A DNA stretch of 64,000 nt from Candidatus Heimdallarchaeum aukensis (GCA_021513695.1 CP084166.1:192001-256000), one strand, 5' to 3'; positions 50,742 through 61,291 are shown, counted from the first letter of the stretch. The notes: a model not told the origin generated them from the letters alone. A program made the numbers and translations.

Positions 50742-51944
50742 TCAATTATCGATAATATTCAACAAATGACCCAATTTCTCTTGTTTCGCTTTTAAGTAAG
50801 CATAATTTTGTATATTAGGATCCATTCTCAAAGGTATTCTCTGTGCTATTTTTATGTTGTATTTCTCAAGTTTTTTTATTTTATCAGGATTGTTTGTTAA
50901 TATTCTGATCTCGTTTATTCCTAAATCTTTCAAAATATCCGCAGCTATCTTATAATCTCGCAAATCTGCAGGAAAACCTAATTTTAGATTTGCATCGAAA
51001 GTATCATATCCACACTCTTGAAGTTTGTAAGCTTTCAATTTATTTAATAAACCAATTCCTCTTCCTTCTTGTCTTAAATAGAGTAGTACTCCCGTTCCTT
51101 CCTCTGCTATCATTTCCATAGATTTCTCAAGTTGCGAACCACAATCACATTTTAATGATTTTAAAACATCACCTGTAAGACATTCAGAATGTAATCGGAT
51201 CAATATTGACTGATTTTCTTTTATTTCTCCTTTAATTAAAGCAATATGTTCTAATCCATTATACTTGTCGCTATAACCTATAATCTTGAATGTTCCAAAT
51301 TTTGTAGGTATATTTGTTTCTACTACACGTTCAACAAAGCTCTCATTTTTTAATCTATATTCAATCAATGAAGATATTGTTATAATTTTCAATCCATATC
51401 TTTGAGCAAAAGAGAGTAACTCTGGAACTCTTGCCATGTGTCCATCATCTTTTATTATTTCGCAAATAACAGCTGCGGGAAAAGCATTACAGATTTTTGC
51501 TAAATCAACAGATGCTTCTGTATGTCCCTCTCTTTTTAGAACTCCTCCTTCTACAGCAATTAAAGGAAAAATGTGTCCGGGTCGTCTGAAATCTTCTGCT
51601 TTTTTAGTACGGTCTGTAATGTCACGAACAGTTTTTGCACGTTCATAAGCAGAAATTCCTGTAGTACAATCAATACTGTCAATCGATACCGTAAAAGCAG
51701 TTTGGTTGGGATCATTATTCTTTGTAACCATAAGAGACAAGTTTAACTCTCTTGCTCTTTCAGAAGTAATGGGCACACAGACCAACCCTCGAGCAAAACG
51801 GATCATAAAATTAATTGTATCTGGTGTGATTCTATCGGCTAAAGCTACAAGATCTCCCTCATTCTCTCTCTCTTCATTATCAATTACAATGATACATTTT
51901 CCTTCTTTTAAATCTTTTATGGCTTCTTCTATTGAATTAAACAT
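50742..51944 (-). CDS. ribBA: Bifunctional 3,4-dihydroxy-2-butanone-4-phosphate synthase / GTP cyclohydrolase II
   Basis: The N-terminal DHBP synthase half has ...[12 protein letters not shown].... The C-terminal GCH-II half has CLTGD...CDCG zinc ligands and ...[11 protein letters not shown].... Confidence 0.85.
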   Translation of the reverse strand: MFNSIEEAIKDLKEGKCIIVIDNEERENEGDLVALADRITPDTINFMIRFARGLVCVPITSERARELNLSLMVTKNNDPNQTAFTVSIDSIDCTTGISAYERAKTVRDITDRTKKAEDFRRPGHIFPLIAVEGGVLKREGHTEASVDLAKICNAFPAAVICEIIKDDGHMARVPELLSFAQRYGLKIITISSLIEYRLKNESFVERVVETNIPTKFGTFKIIGYSDKYNGLEHIALIKGEIKENQSILIRLHSECLTGDVLKSLKCDCGSQLEKSMEMIAEEGTGVLLYLRQEGRGIGLLNKLKAYKLQECGYDTFDANLKLGFPADLRDYKIAADILKDLGINEIRILTNNPDKIKKLEKYNIKIAQRIPLRMDPNIQNYAYLKAKQEKLGHLLNIIDN

Positions 51945-51954
51945 TTAACCACTC

Positions 51955-52611
51955 CTAAAAACTATGTTCAAACAAAAATTCTTTTGAAAGAATGATTGAT
52001 TGCCTTTTCTCCTCATTGAACTTTTGCAGCAAATGTTCAACATATTTTGATAATATGTCGCACTCGATATTAACTACAGAACCTATCGAATATTTTCTCA
52101 TGATAGTATTTTCCAAAGTATGAGGAATAATAGAGACAGTAAAGCTACTAGAATTTTTATAGACACCGACAACAGTCAAACTTACACCATCAATAGCAAT
52201 CGAACCCTTTGGAACAATATAATTTAGAAGAAATGAACGAGTTTTTATTCTAAAAATTATTGAATTTTGTTTTGTTTCTTTCTTAACTATTTCTCCCATG
52301 GCATCAACATGCCCTTGTACAAAGTGGCCGTTTAATCGATCTTGTAACTTCAAAGCTCTCTCAAGATTAACAAATGAACCTCTCTGAAGAAATTTTAGAT
52401 TTGTTCGTTCTAATGTTTCTGGCATCATATCAGCTGTAAAGGCTGTACTAGTAAAACCAGTAACTGTTAAACATACTCCATTAACAGAAATACTTTCTCC
52501 AATACGTATATCTTGTAAAACTGTTCTAGCCTTTATCTCAATTTTACACTGGCTTCTTGACCTATTTAGATGATTAACTAAACCTATTTCTTCAATAATT
52601 CCTGTAAACAT
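51955..52611 (-). CDS. ribE: Riboflavin synthase alpha chain (bacterial type)
   Basis: MFTGIIEEIG begins the protein. An internal repeat follows (...NGVCLTV... and ...DGVSLTV...). Confidence 0.85.
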   Translation of the reverse strand: MFTGIIEEIGLVNHLNRSRSQCKIEIKARTVLQDIRIGESISVNGVCLTVTGFTSTAFTADMMPETLERTNLKFLQRGSFVNLERALKLQDRLNGHFVQGHVDAMGEIVKKETKQNSIIFRIKTRSFLLNYIVPKGSIAIDGVSLTVVGVYKNSSSFTVSIIPHTLENTIMRKYSIGSVVNIECDILSKYVEHLLQKFNEEKRQSIILSKEFLFEHSF

Positions 52612-53163
52612 TGGTTCGACCTACATTGTTCCATTTGTGTGAAATTACGGTAATTTGAATTTAGGAACTCTAATTGAATTAAAAACCTACTCATATATTA
52701 ACATTGTTACTCATATACTGGTAATTGCTCTATAGAGAAAACAAAGAAAAGAGTATTTTAAACGTAATTCTTTGTTATTATTCAAAAATAGGAGTACAAA
52801 ACTGTCAAAATATATAAAATACTAAACAAATTATTTTGATAAATCTGTTTTAAAATTAATTAAAAAACTTTCAAATAAAGAATAAGACCCTCAACAACCT
52901 TCTATGGCTTTACTTTTTAGTTTTGTTTTTTTATATCTGTTCTAAAAAGATGCCTTTTTGTAACAACCTCTTTCTTATTTATTACCCCCTTTATTTCGAG
53001 TGGAAAGACCTTTTTTTCGAGTGGAAAAAATGATAGATAAAAGATTGGAATCATTAAAGTAGGACGTTGTAATAGGTCTGAAAATTTATTTAAAATGTAA
53101 TAATTTGAAAACTTAATTTCATTACTTTCTGGTAATAAGTATTAAATGAGGAAAAAGTAGAAA

Positions 53164-53802
53164 TTAAATTCCACTAGATATTAAGATATAGTGCAAAGCT
53201 GCTCCTATTATTATGAAGATATGGAAAAATTCATGTCCTTCAATTACTCCAGGAATGAGAATAGGCTTTTTGTAATAGCTCATTATCGCACCGACAGTGT
53301 AAGCAATTCCCCCTAAAAATAAAAACATAATCTTAACAAATCCTAGATTATTTAACATGTAAGGTAGAGCAAGGACTGCTAACCAACCCATTATTATGTA
53401 CATAGTTGTATCCCATATATTTTTTTTCTTTATTTTTTTAGACAACTTGAGATAAACGCCTGCTATAGCTACAATCCACTCTATAATAATCATGGGGATA
53501 TAGTATAATTTGGGAAGGAAAAGATAAGAAATAATGGTATAAGAGCCTGCAATCATTAGGTAAATAGCTGCATGATCTATTTTTCTTGCCAACAATTTCT
53601 CGTAATTATCACCCTTTTGGGAGTGATATATGGCACTAGCACTAAACATTGCTAACATACAGATTGAATAAAGAAGAGCAATAAAGAATACTCTTAAATC
53701 ACTAAAACTGTTAATAAGAAGAAAAACTGAACCAATTAAAGCTAAAACAGCTCCTAATGCATGACTAATAGTGTTAAAGGTTTCTTGTTTATTGTAGAAC
53801 AT
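53164..53802 (-). CDS. Hemolysin III / PAQR family membrane protein
   Basis: Seven predicted TM helices. ...NTISHALGAVLAL... and C-terminal HEFFHIFII carry His motifs. Confidence 0.65.
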   Translation of the reverse strand: MFYNKQETFNTISHALGAVLALIGSVFLLINSFSDLRVFFIALLYSICMLAMFSASAIYHSQKGDNYEKLLARKIDHAAIYLMIAGSYTIISYLFLPKLYYIPMIIIEWIVAIAGVYLKLSKKIKKKNIWDTTMYIIMGWLAVLALPYMLNNLGFVKIMFLFLGGIAYTVGAIMSYYKKPILIPGVIEGHEFFHIFIIIGAALHYILISSGI

Positions 53803-53916
53803 AAGTAATGGTTTTCTAACTTGTATTTATTTATTTTCAAACAAAATTTTGTTAACCTAATTTTTGGAAAAAAGAAAGACTAATTAAGACAATGAATCTT
53901 TCGAAGTTAGACAAAG

Positions 53917-54798
53917 ATGGTTAGACGACCAAAAAAAGAATACTGGCTTGAAGAAGAAGCAGAAAAAATGATTTTAGAACTAGAAAATGGAGCAAAGTTA
54001 AGAATACTTTATTTTAAAGCAAAAAATAAAAGCAAAGAGACTTTAAATTTAGTGTTCTATTCTGGTTTTATTTCTTATGTTTATATCTGGGAAAAAGCTA
54101 TAGAAAAACTCCGAGAAAAGCATGATATTTACTTTATAGAAACAAGAGAAAAAGAATTTTCACGCTTTCCTAAAGATGAAGTAGTATATAACACAGAAAC
54201 TTTAGCTGAAGATTTCGTTTTGGTTCTTAAAGAATGTAAAATAATAGGGCATGATTTAGAAAATACTGTATTTATAGGTTCTTCAATAGCTTCTGTAGCT
54301 ATGCTTGAAGCAATGGGAAAATATGACATTAATCCTCTGATATCTTTCCACTCTTCTCCTCAAATGAAATATACAGCAGCTGACAGAAGAAAAAATATGC
54401 ATATAGTAGGAAGAATACCCTATTTTATTGTTCTTCTCATTAAACCACTGATTTTCTTCTTTTATGGTTTGAAATTTAGAAAGGATAGAGATTCTGCAAG
54501 AAGAAGAAAACATACATTAGCCAGATTGCTGCAACCTTCTCAACAAAAATGGATGAGAAAAGCTAAAACATTTGCAGCACCATATGAAGTAGATAAAGAA
54601 GCTCTAAAAAAGATTAAGTCCCCAGTAATAATAATTGGTGCAAAAGAAGATCCAGAACACGATGAAGAAGAAGTACAAAAACTAATAAATCTTATTCCTA
54701 GGAGCAAGTTCAGAAAAGTTAAAGAAAAAGCAGATACTCACAACGAAGTCTTAGCTGAGATAGTTTTTGAAGAATTAAGCAAATTAAGGAAAAAGTGA
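53917..54798 (+). CDS. Alpha/beta-hydrolase-like protein with basic C-terminal extension
   Basis: VFIGSSIASVAM is nucleophile-elbow-like (GxSxA). The product is 293 aa. Confidence 0.4.
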   Translation: MVRRPKKEYWLEEEAEKMILELENGAKLRILYFKAKNKSKETLNLVFYSGFISYVYIWEKAIEKLREKHDIYFIETREKEFSRFPKDEVVYNTETLAEDFVLVLKECKIIGHDLENTVFIGSSIASVAMLEAMGKYDINPLISFHSSPQMKYTAADRRKNMHIVGRIPYFIVLLIKPLIFFFYGLKFRKDRDSARRRKHTLARLLQPSQQKWMRKAKTFAAPYEVDKEALKKIKSPVIIIGAKEDPEHDEEEVQKLINLIPRSKFRKVKEKADTHNEVLAEIVFEELSKLRKK

Positions 54799-54931
54799 AA
54801 AAAAGAACTTTGCCCTAAATAATCAGAATAGTGTTTAGGAAATGATTCACTTTATTTTTAGACAAATCTCGCAAATATTTTTATAATAGTCAATTTTTTT
54901 TTAAGATATAACTCTTAAAGGCGAATTTTGT

Positions 54932-55563
54932 TTGAATATGCGAGAAAATGAAGAAATAGAAATTAAAGGAAAAAGTAAAATTAGAAGAATAGCATCTCTT
55001 GATTTTCAAAGAGGATTGGCAATTTGGATGATGGTTTTTTTACACGTCTGGAATCATATTTACGACTTTAGTTGGATAGATTTAGGAACAATATTTCAAG
55101 AAGCAAACTTTCTTTTTGGAATTTGGGTAATTTTCTGTGGATTTTTCGGCGGGTGGGCTGGATATTTCCTTTAATTTCTTCAACAGTTAACGCTTTAGCT
55201 TCTGTGAAAAAAGTAAGAAAAAGTGGAAGTGCTGAAAGAGTTTTAGCAAAGCAAATTCTTACAGGAATAGGGGTTCTTATAGCTGGAAGATTGACAGAAG
55301 CTTTTGGATACTACGGTTATTTTGAAGAGTCTTTAGGTCAGGAAAATCACTTTTTTCGATAGAAACTTGGACCGATACACACTACTACTCTTTTATTTGG
55401 AGAAGAATCTTTATGGTTGAAGCTCTTCAGATTATTGGCTGGGCTATGATAATTAACGCTGTTATTCAATTTTTCTTGATCAAGAATGGAGGAGCAGAAA
55501 AAACGGTAAGAAACTTGATGATTTATGCTTCTTTAGTTGTTCTTGTTGCTACTCCTTTCATAT
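54932..55563 (+). pseudogene. Disrupted membrane acyltransferase-like gene (DUF1624/HGSNAT-like) split over three frames
   Basis: Frame A (54932-55174) reads ...SLDFQRGLAIWMMVFLH...FGGWAGYFL*. Frame B (55072-55362) continues ...GWIFPLISSTVNALAS.... A third short frame (55380-55563) reads ...MVEALQIIGWAMIINAVIQFF.... The total is much shorter than family members. Confidence 0.45.
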
Positions 55564-55590
55564 GAGTTGAAATTTTACTTAATTTCTTCA

Positions 55591-55765
55591 GGACTCTACC
55601 CAACCAGTCAACAAACATATCGAAAGTTGTGAGGACTGGGTTAAGAGAACATGAAAGACACAGTCTTAAGTGAGTTCTCTAAAGGGTTCATCTCCTGATC
55701 CCGGGCACTCATCACTCCCACATGGAAGACCGGGTGTCGTAGGAATGAAACCTACGTCTTTAAGC
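55591..55765. ncRNA. GC-elevated (about 45-48% versus about 30% background) hairpin-rich non-coding segment; candidate small structured RNA or insertion remnant
   Basis: Nested perfect stems are gagaac...gttctc enclosing agac-aca-gtct, cgtagg-aatgaaa-cctacg, ccagtc...gactgg and CCCGG...CCGGG. There is no ORF. No tRNA cloverleaf was found. Confidence 0.25.
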
Positions 55766-56043
55766 ATATAGATCAAAACACTAGATAAATGAGAATTGAA
55801 TATATAAAGACTGCAGAAAAGTTGTGACACTTCCCAATATCGTGTATTCTTTATTAATCCAAATGTGCTTCTGGTTGTTCTTGGTCTAATAACTCCACAA
55901 ACTAAAAATTTAGTTCTTTACGTAAAAAAGTATTTCATCAAAACTAAACTTCAGAGAGATGCTAAAATAATGTGGAATGGTTAAATTATAAAGAACTTTC
56001 CAGATCCTAACTCTTTTTTTCTTTTAAAAAAATGAGAAAAAGA

Positions 56044-56856
56044 TTACTCTTTAACTGCTTTTAAGGCAAATAAAAGAGGAAAATCAATTTTTTCATCTTT
56101 GAAGTACCAATATCTGTCTTCATGTTGTACTAAAAAAGGAAATTGCTTAAATTCACTAAACGGATATTCGTTAAACAATTCAATTTTTAGTCCTTCTTTT
56201 ATCAAAGAATTGAGGATTTCACTTATAGTATGCATCCACTCGTAAGTCTTTAAATGTTCGATTTTTTTATCAGAATCAGTGTAAGTGTATTCAGAATCAA
56301 ATTCCATTGCTTCTTTTGAGAAATAACTGTATCTAATTTTTAGTTCTTTTTCATTTTCATCATCAAAGACATGTGAGAGAGGGTGCGATTCTACAATTAG
56401 AAAATTTCCACCTTTTCTTAAAAATTTGGAAATTATTTCTGCCCATTTTCTTATGTCAGGTAACCAAGGTAGAACACCATAAGTAGTGAAAACAATATCA
56501 AACTTTTCTTTTAGAAGCTTATCAAGATCATAAATGTTTGCACAAATAAATTTAGCACGAACATTAATTTGTTCACTTAATTTTTTGGCAAAGGTAATAG
56601 CTTTTTCAGAAAAGTCTACTCCAGTCACTTGAGCTCCCATTCTAGCTAAAGAAAGGGTATCCATTCCAAAGTGACATTGTAAATGGAGTATTTTTTTTCC
56701 TTTTATATTTCCAAGCAGTTCAAGCTCAACTGAGTGTAAAGAGTTTTTTCCTTTTAGAAAACCCTCTAAATCATAGCTTTTTGATTTTGAATGAATCTCA
56801 ACAAGTTCATCCCATCGCTTTTTATTTGTTTCCATAAATTCTTTGTTGCTATCCAT
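56044..56856 (-). CDS. Class I SAM-dependent methyltransferase
   Basis: KILHLQCHFGMDTLSLARMGAQVTGVDFS is motif I plus the post-I acidic residue. Confidence 0.6.
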   Translation of the reverse strand: MDSNKEFMETNKKRWDELVEIHSKSKSYDLEGFLKGKNSLHSVELELLGNIKGKKILHLQCHFGMDTLSLARMGAQVTGVDFSEKAITFAKKLSEQINVRAKFICANIYDLDKLLKEKFDIVFTTYGVLPWLPDIRKWAEIISKFLRKGGNFLIVESHPLSHVFDDENEKELKIRYSYFSKEAMEFDSEYTYTDSDKKIEHLKTYEWMHTISEILNSLIKEGLKIELFNEYPFSEFKQFPFLVQHEDRYWYFKDEKIDFPLLFALKAVKE

Positions 56857-56967
56857 TATGGAAAACTGAAAAGTTAGCTAATAAGAATTTCTATATATTA
56901 TCTTTTACAATATTTTAAATAGAAGTTTTTTCTAAATAGGCAAAAAGCAAATACCTACGAAGAGTAG

Positions 56968-58365
56968 ATGATCTTGAATTTTAGAAAAATATCTATCAAA
57001 GAAAATTTATTGAAAATGGTTATTCCTTTAGTACTATTCATCATTTCAATTACTGTTCGTTTACTCCTCAGAAAATGGTTTTATGCAAATTATGATGTAA
57101 CACATTATATTTCTGAAGAAGGATACTATTGGGAAACATATTTAGACGCAGATACTTACTATCAGTACTACCTTTACGCTTTTAAGCATGAAAATTGGTT
57201 AATTTACGATCCTTCCAGTCCATATCCTCTCTCAGGATATGTTTATGGCCCTTTATTCGTATACTTTTTGACTATACTATCTTATTTTGTAGGTATATTT
57301 TTTCCTAACTCCACAAAACTTGAAATAGCTTGGAAAACAGTGATTTTTGCCCCTCAATTGTTTGACTCTCTATCAACAGTTGTTATTTATTATATTATTA
57401 AAGCAATGGCAAAAGAGATATCAGAAGAAAAAGTAAAAAGCAAAGTAAGAACAGAAATAATAGCTATTTCTACTTCCATCATTTTCATTTTTATGCCTGT
57501 AGTTTTATTCTACAATAATTTTCTTTATCTTAATTCTTATATGTATACCTTCTATGCGTTACTAGCTTTCTTATTTCTGATAAAAGAAAAGTTTGATCTT
57601 TCTGCATTTTGGTTAGCTATCTCGATAATGACAAAGCAATTATCTCTTTTTCTTCTCCCACTGTGGTTTTTGTATATTTTTAGAATAGATAAGAAAAAAG
57701 CGCTGAGATATGGGATTTTAACTTTCTTACTAGGTTCACTTCTTTCTCTTCCTTGGATAGTTCTTTTTCCTGAAAGCTTTTTGGTAAGAATGTTTTTTCA
57801 AGGTACTCCTAAACTCACTTCTTTCTCTATTGAATATAGATGGATTTTATGGTCAACAACTCCTTTCCATGCTTTCCTGTATTGGGGCTGGGATAAAGCT
57901 GCTTTGTTTTACTTTAAACTGAATCAGAAATATATTCCTTTTATAATATTCAATGTTTTGAGCTATTTCTGGATTATTTTAACAGGAAAAAAACTCAACG
58001 AAAATAAAAGTAATTTATTAACATCTCAAGCTCTTTTTGCTCTAGGGATGCACATTTTTCTGTCTAGAGGATGTTACAAATATTATGACGCATTTTTTAT
58101 TCCTTTTGTAATTCTTGCTTTAGGAGGAAAAACATTATCAATAAAGAGAGATTGGTTAAAAATCCTATATCTAAGTTCCTTTAGCATATGGATTTTCTTC
58201 TTAAATTTGTGGATAGTAATTAAAATTAAGTGGTTACATCAATTTTATGTTTTCTTGATATTTCTGACGGTATTATTGTTAATTGATGAAGATCTATTTC
58301 TTTACTTATTTAAGAAAGAAGCTTACTCCTCAATTATCAAAGAAATAGATTTTAGAAGAAAATAG
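56968..58365 (+). CDS. Polytopic membrane protein, GT-C-like glycosyltransferase candidate
   Basis: The 465 aa product has more than 10 predicted TM helices. An aromatic-rich loop (YYWETYLDADTYYQYYLYAF) follows TM1. Confidence 0.3.
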   Translation: MILNFRKISIKENLLKMVIPLVLFIISITVRLLLRKWFYANYDVTHYISEEGYYWETYLDADTYYQYYLYAFKHENWLIYDPSSPYPLSGYVYGPLFVYFLTILSYFVGIFFPNSTKLEIAWKTVIFAPQLFDSLSTVVIYYIIKAMAKEISEEKVKSKVRTEIIAISTSIIFIFMPVVLFYNNFLYLNSYMYTFYALLAFLFLIKEKFDLSAFWLAISIMTKQLSLFLLPLWFLYIFRIDKKKALRYGILTFLLGSLLSLPWIVLFPESFLVRMFFQGTPKLTSFSIEYRWILWSTTPFHAFLYWGWDKAALFYFKLNQKYIPFIIFNVLSYFWIILTGKKLNENKSNLLTSQALFALGMHIFLSRGCYKYYDAFFIPFVILALGGKTLSIKRDWLKILYLSSFSIWIFFLNLWIVIKIKWLHQFYVFLIFLTVLLLIDEDLFLYLFKKEAYSSIIKEIDFRRK

Positions 58366-58428
58366 ACTTATCACTTATATTTCTATTATTATGTATGTTC
58401 TTGGAAATTTTTAAGATTAATTATTGAT

Positions 58429-59424
58429 TTGTTGTTAGTGTTAAAACAAAAAAGAAATAAAAAGATAGTTTGTGCTCTTACAATGACCTCTCTACGCGAA
58501 ATTATCAAACCAAACAAAAAGTTCAATCTAATCAATTTAGATGAAAAAAAAACTGTAGAATTTTGGATTATTTGCTTAGTTGTTGTTATAGATTTGATTT
58601 TTTCAGTTATCATAAATTTGGTTATTTATCGCTTTGGAATATTTAATTGGATTTACGATATAACAGGTTTTGTAACGCCAACAATGCTTGCTTATACAAT
58701 ATTATATTTAGTTATTATAGGTTTATTAATAATTTATTTAGGAAAGCTAAAACCTAAAGATTTAGGATTTTCAACTAGCAAACTTTGGCAAGGTGTTTTA
58801 ATTGTGTTTGTTGGTTGGTTCATTATTCAAATTGCAGGTGTAATTTATTCACTAATTATAAGTGGGACATTAACAATTGATAGTTATATGGTTCAATCTT
58901 CTGCAAAGTTAATAATTATAAAAAACGTTGTTCAATGGTTTTTTAATGCACCATTTGAAGAATTTTTATTTAGAGAATTTTTACTTACACAACTATATTT
59001 ACAGTTCAAAAATAGATTAATTGATGATCCTAAATCGGTTAAGAAGTCTCTAACTCGTTCTTTGATAATATCACAACTAATATTCTCGTTTATGCATATT
59101 CCAAATCGTATTCTATGGGTAGTGAGTTCAGAAAGTTATACTGTAAAAGAAATAATCTGGGCAGCGGTTAATCCTCTTCAATACGGAGTTTTGTTCCTAA
59201 TAGGATTAACATTTGCCATGTTGTATCACAGGACTGATAATATTTTCATTGTTATAGGAATACATGCACTTTTTAATGAACCTAACTCTTTGTTCTTTCC
59301 TAAATGGATAGGTTCAATCTTAATTTATGTTCTTGCAATAATTATAATCCTTTTCTATCCGTTTTTCTTGAGTAAATACTCTAAAGAAAAAGAAATAATT
59401 ATTGAAAAAGATAAAATCCCTTAA
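58429..59424 (+). CDS. CPBP (CAAX protease/Abi) family intramembrane metalloprotease
   Basis: EEFLFREF is motif 1 (EExxxR). FSFMHIPN is motif 2 (FxxxH). HALFN is motif 3. Confidence 0.7.
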   Translation: MLLVLKQKRNKKIVCALTMTSLREIIKPNKKFNLINLDEKKTVEFWIICLVVVIDLIFSVIINLVIYRFGIFNWIYDITGFVTPTMLAYTILYLVIIGLLIIYLGKLKPKDLGFSTSKLWQGVLIVFVGWFIIQIAGVIYSLIISGTLTIDSYMVQSSAKLIIIKNVVQWFFNAPFEEFLFREFLLTQLYLQFKNRLIDDPKSVKKSLTRSLIISQLIFSFMHIPNRILWVVSSESYTVKEIIWAAVNPLQYGVLFLIGLTFAMLYHRTDNIFIVIGIHALFNEPNSLFFPKWIGSILIYVLAIIIILFYPFFLSKYSKEKEIIIEKDKIP

Positions 59425-59509
59425 GCTTTTTCATTTTTCATCATATATTTTAGTCGTTTGCTAAACAATTGCTTCGTTTCGCTTTATATTTAAACGTAAA
59501 AGTTTTTTA

Positions 59510-60337
59510 ATGCAAAATAAAAAGCAATTTATGAAAAATCTTTCTTCAATTGAAGACATTGAAGATGAGTATGTAAGAATCCGTCTTCAAGAATTAGCTA
59601 AAGAAGATTATGTACTAGGAATTCAGATAAATGGTAGCAGAGCAACAGGTTTTGCTCGACCAAACGCTGATTGGGATGGTTTTTTGTATGTCACAGAGGA
59701 ATATTACAGTTCATTGTCTCTTAGAGAAATTCATATTTTAGAATTTGATGAAACAGTTGAACCAAAAAGATTACTTTTTGATTTTCTCCTAATTACAGAC
59801 AAATGGATGGGAGAAAGGTTAAACTCTCCTCAAGATGTAGAGCACTATGCATTTGTTGAAGGTAAAATAATTTATGATCCTACTGGAAAACTCAAAGCAT
59901 GGACAAAAAAAATAGCTCAATATCCTGAAGAAGAGCATGAAATTAGACTAAAAGCAAAATATATGCTGTGGAGAGAATCATTAGGTTTTGGACTAATAAA
60001 TGATAAACGGGGATTTGAAACAAATAAGAATGTTAATTTGCATAGAGCAGTTCTTGCTGCTGTTCATTTATGGTTTACAATTCGAAAAAGTTGGACTCCT
60101 CCTTTGAAGTGGTGGAGTTTTCATGCAAAGAAAATGGGTATGGATAATAATACTTACAAACTTTTTGAAAAAATAATTAATAATCCTGACTTAGAAGATA
60201 TGAAAAAGATAGATGCAAAGTTCAAGGAAATGATTAAGGAAAGTGGATTTGATTTTGTAGATAATATGTATGACGTTTATATGGAATATTATAGAGCAAA
60301 TCGCGATGAAGCTTTCCATAGACACATGTTCTTGTAA
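59510..60337 (+). CDS. Nucleotidyltransferase-fold (Pol-beta-like minimal NTase) domain protein
   Basis: INGSRATGFARPNADWDGFLYV fits hG[GS]-x10-D-x-D. Confidence 0.5.
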   Translation: MQNKKQFMKNLSSIEDIEDEYVRIRLQELAKEDYVLGIQINGSRATGFARPNADWDGFLYVTEEYYSSLSLREIHILEFDETVEPKRLLFDFLLITDKWMGERLNSPQDVEHYAFVEGKIIYDPTGKLKAWTKKIAQYPEEEHEIRLKAKYMLWRESLGFGLINDKRGFETNKNVNLHRAVLAAVHLWFTIRKSWTPPLKWWSFHAKKMGMDNNTYKLFEKIINNPDLEDMKKIDAKFKEMIKESGFDFVDNMYDVYMEYYRANRDEAFHRHMFL

Positions 60338-60415
60338 TTTTTTTGTAAAAAAATTAAAAAGCGAATAGAGTATCTTCTATCTAGAATGTTTTTTTCCTTT
60401 GTTCTAAACTGAATA

Positions 60416-61279
60416 ATGATTTTTCTGATCTCTCTTAAAAAAATTCAAAAAAAAAATAAATATCAAGAAGAAGAAAAAAGAACCATGAGCGAAGAAAAAT
60501 CAAAAGTTAAGTCATTCTTTAATCCAATTTCTTTTGTAGTTATTTTGCTAATTTGGAATTGGTTAGGTGGTTATCTACTTGATCTTTTTTCAGTTCCGTC
60601 TCAATGGATAGGGACTTATTATCTAGCAGGAACACTTATTTGGAGTTTAGTTTTTGCTAGAGTAGTCAATAAGAAACTAGAAAATATTGGTGTTACAGTT
60701 AAAGTCAAATTTGATTTAAAGTCTTTATTACTAATTATTTTAGCTGCTTTAATAGGTTCAGTATATTTGCTTTTGTCTGCGATCTACAAGTATTCTTTAC
60801 CTTTGGTTGAAATAAACACAGAAATCATAGTCACACTTATTGTTTTACCTATCTCAATTCTAATACAAGCTTTTTTTGAAGAGATAGCTTGGGCAGGATG
60901 GCTTTATTCAAACTTGAAAATGAGAGAAGAAGTAAAGAACTTGATTATAGGTTTGGTATGGGCTGTCTGGCATGTTCCTTTCTATCTATGGGGAATCAAA
61001 TATTTCACATATACACCCTTGTTATACTCTCTTAATGTCATAGGGATAATCTTATCACGTTTTGTTATTAACTGGTTCAGAAAAGAAATGGACAATGTAT
61101 GGTGGCCAACTTTCTATCATGGAGGAATAAATTTAGGTGGATTTATAATCATAGTATTGTATCCTGGTATCGAAAAAATAGCTGAAGTTATAGTATATTC
61201 AGGGTTAATACGAACAGTTATAATCTTGATTTTACAGATTGTAATAACTTTTATTGGAAAGAAAAGAGAAAAAGTTTAA
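60416..61279 (+). CDS. CPBP-like membrane protein (second paralogue; motif 1 Arg replaced). The start is probably the internal ATG at about 60486.
   Basis: FFEEIAWAGW, WAVWHVPFY and FYHGGINLGG are present in multi-TM context. Confidence 0.5.
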   Translation: MIFLISLKKIQKKNKYQEEEKRTMSEEKSKVKSFFNPISFVVILLIWNWLGGYLLDLFSVPSQWIGTYYLAGTLIWSLVFARVVNKKLENIGVTVKVKFDLKSLLLIILAALIGSVYLLLSAIYKYSLPLVEINTEIIVTLIVLPISILIQAFFEEIAWAGWLYSNLKMREEVKNLIIGLVWAVWHVPFYLWGIKYFTYTPLLYSLNVIGIILSRFVINWFRKEMDNVWWPTFYHGGINLGGFIIIVLYPGIEKIAEVIVYSGLIRTVIILILQIVITFIGKKREKV

Positions 61280-61291
61280 TTTTTCTCCTTT

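Noticed and set aside
52990-53030. CRISPR-like repeat
   Set aside because: There are only two copies of a 13-bp unit with an 8-bp spacer. There are no further repeats and no cas genes.
52612-53163. Possible FMN riboswitch upstream of the rib operon
   Set aside because: The leader is uniformly AT-rich and lacks the conserved GC-rich RFN segments when read on the operon strand. Only a 13-bp direct repeat was found, and that is reported separately.
55591-55765. tRNA in the GC-elevated segment
   Set aside because: No GTTCRANYC T-loop or D-arm consensus was found, and no cloverleaf could be drawn on either strand. It is kept only as a generic structured-element candidate.
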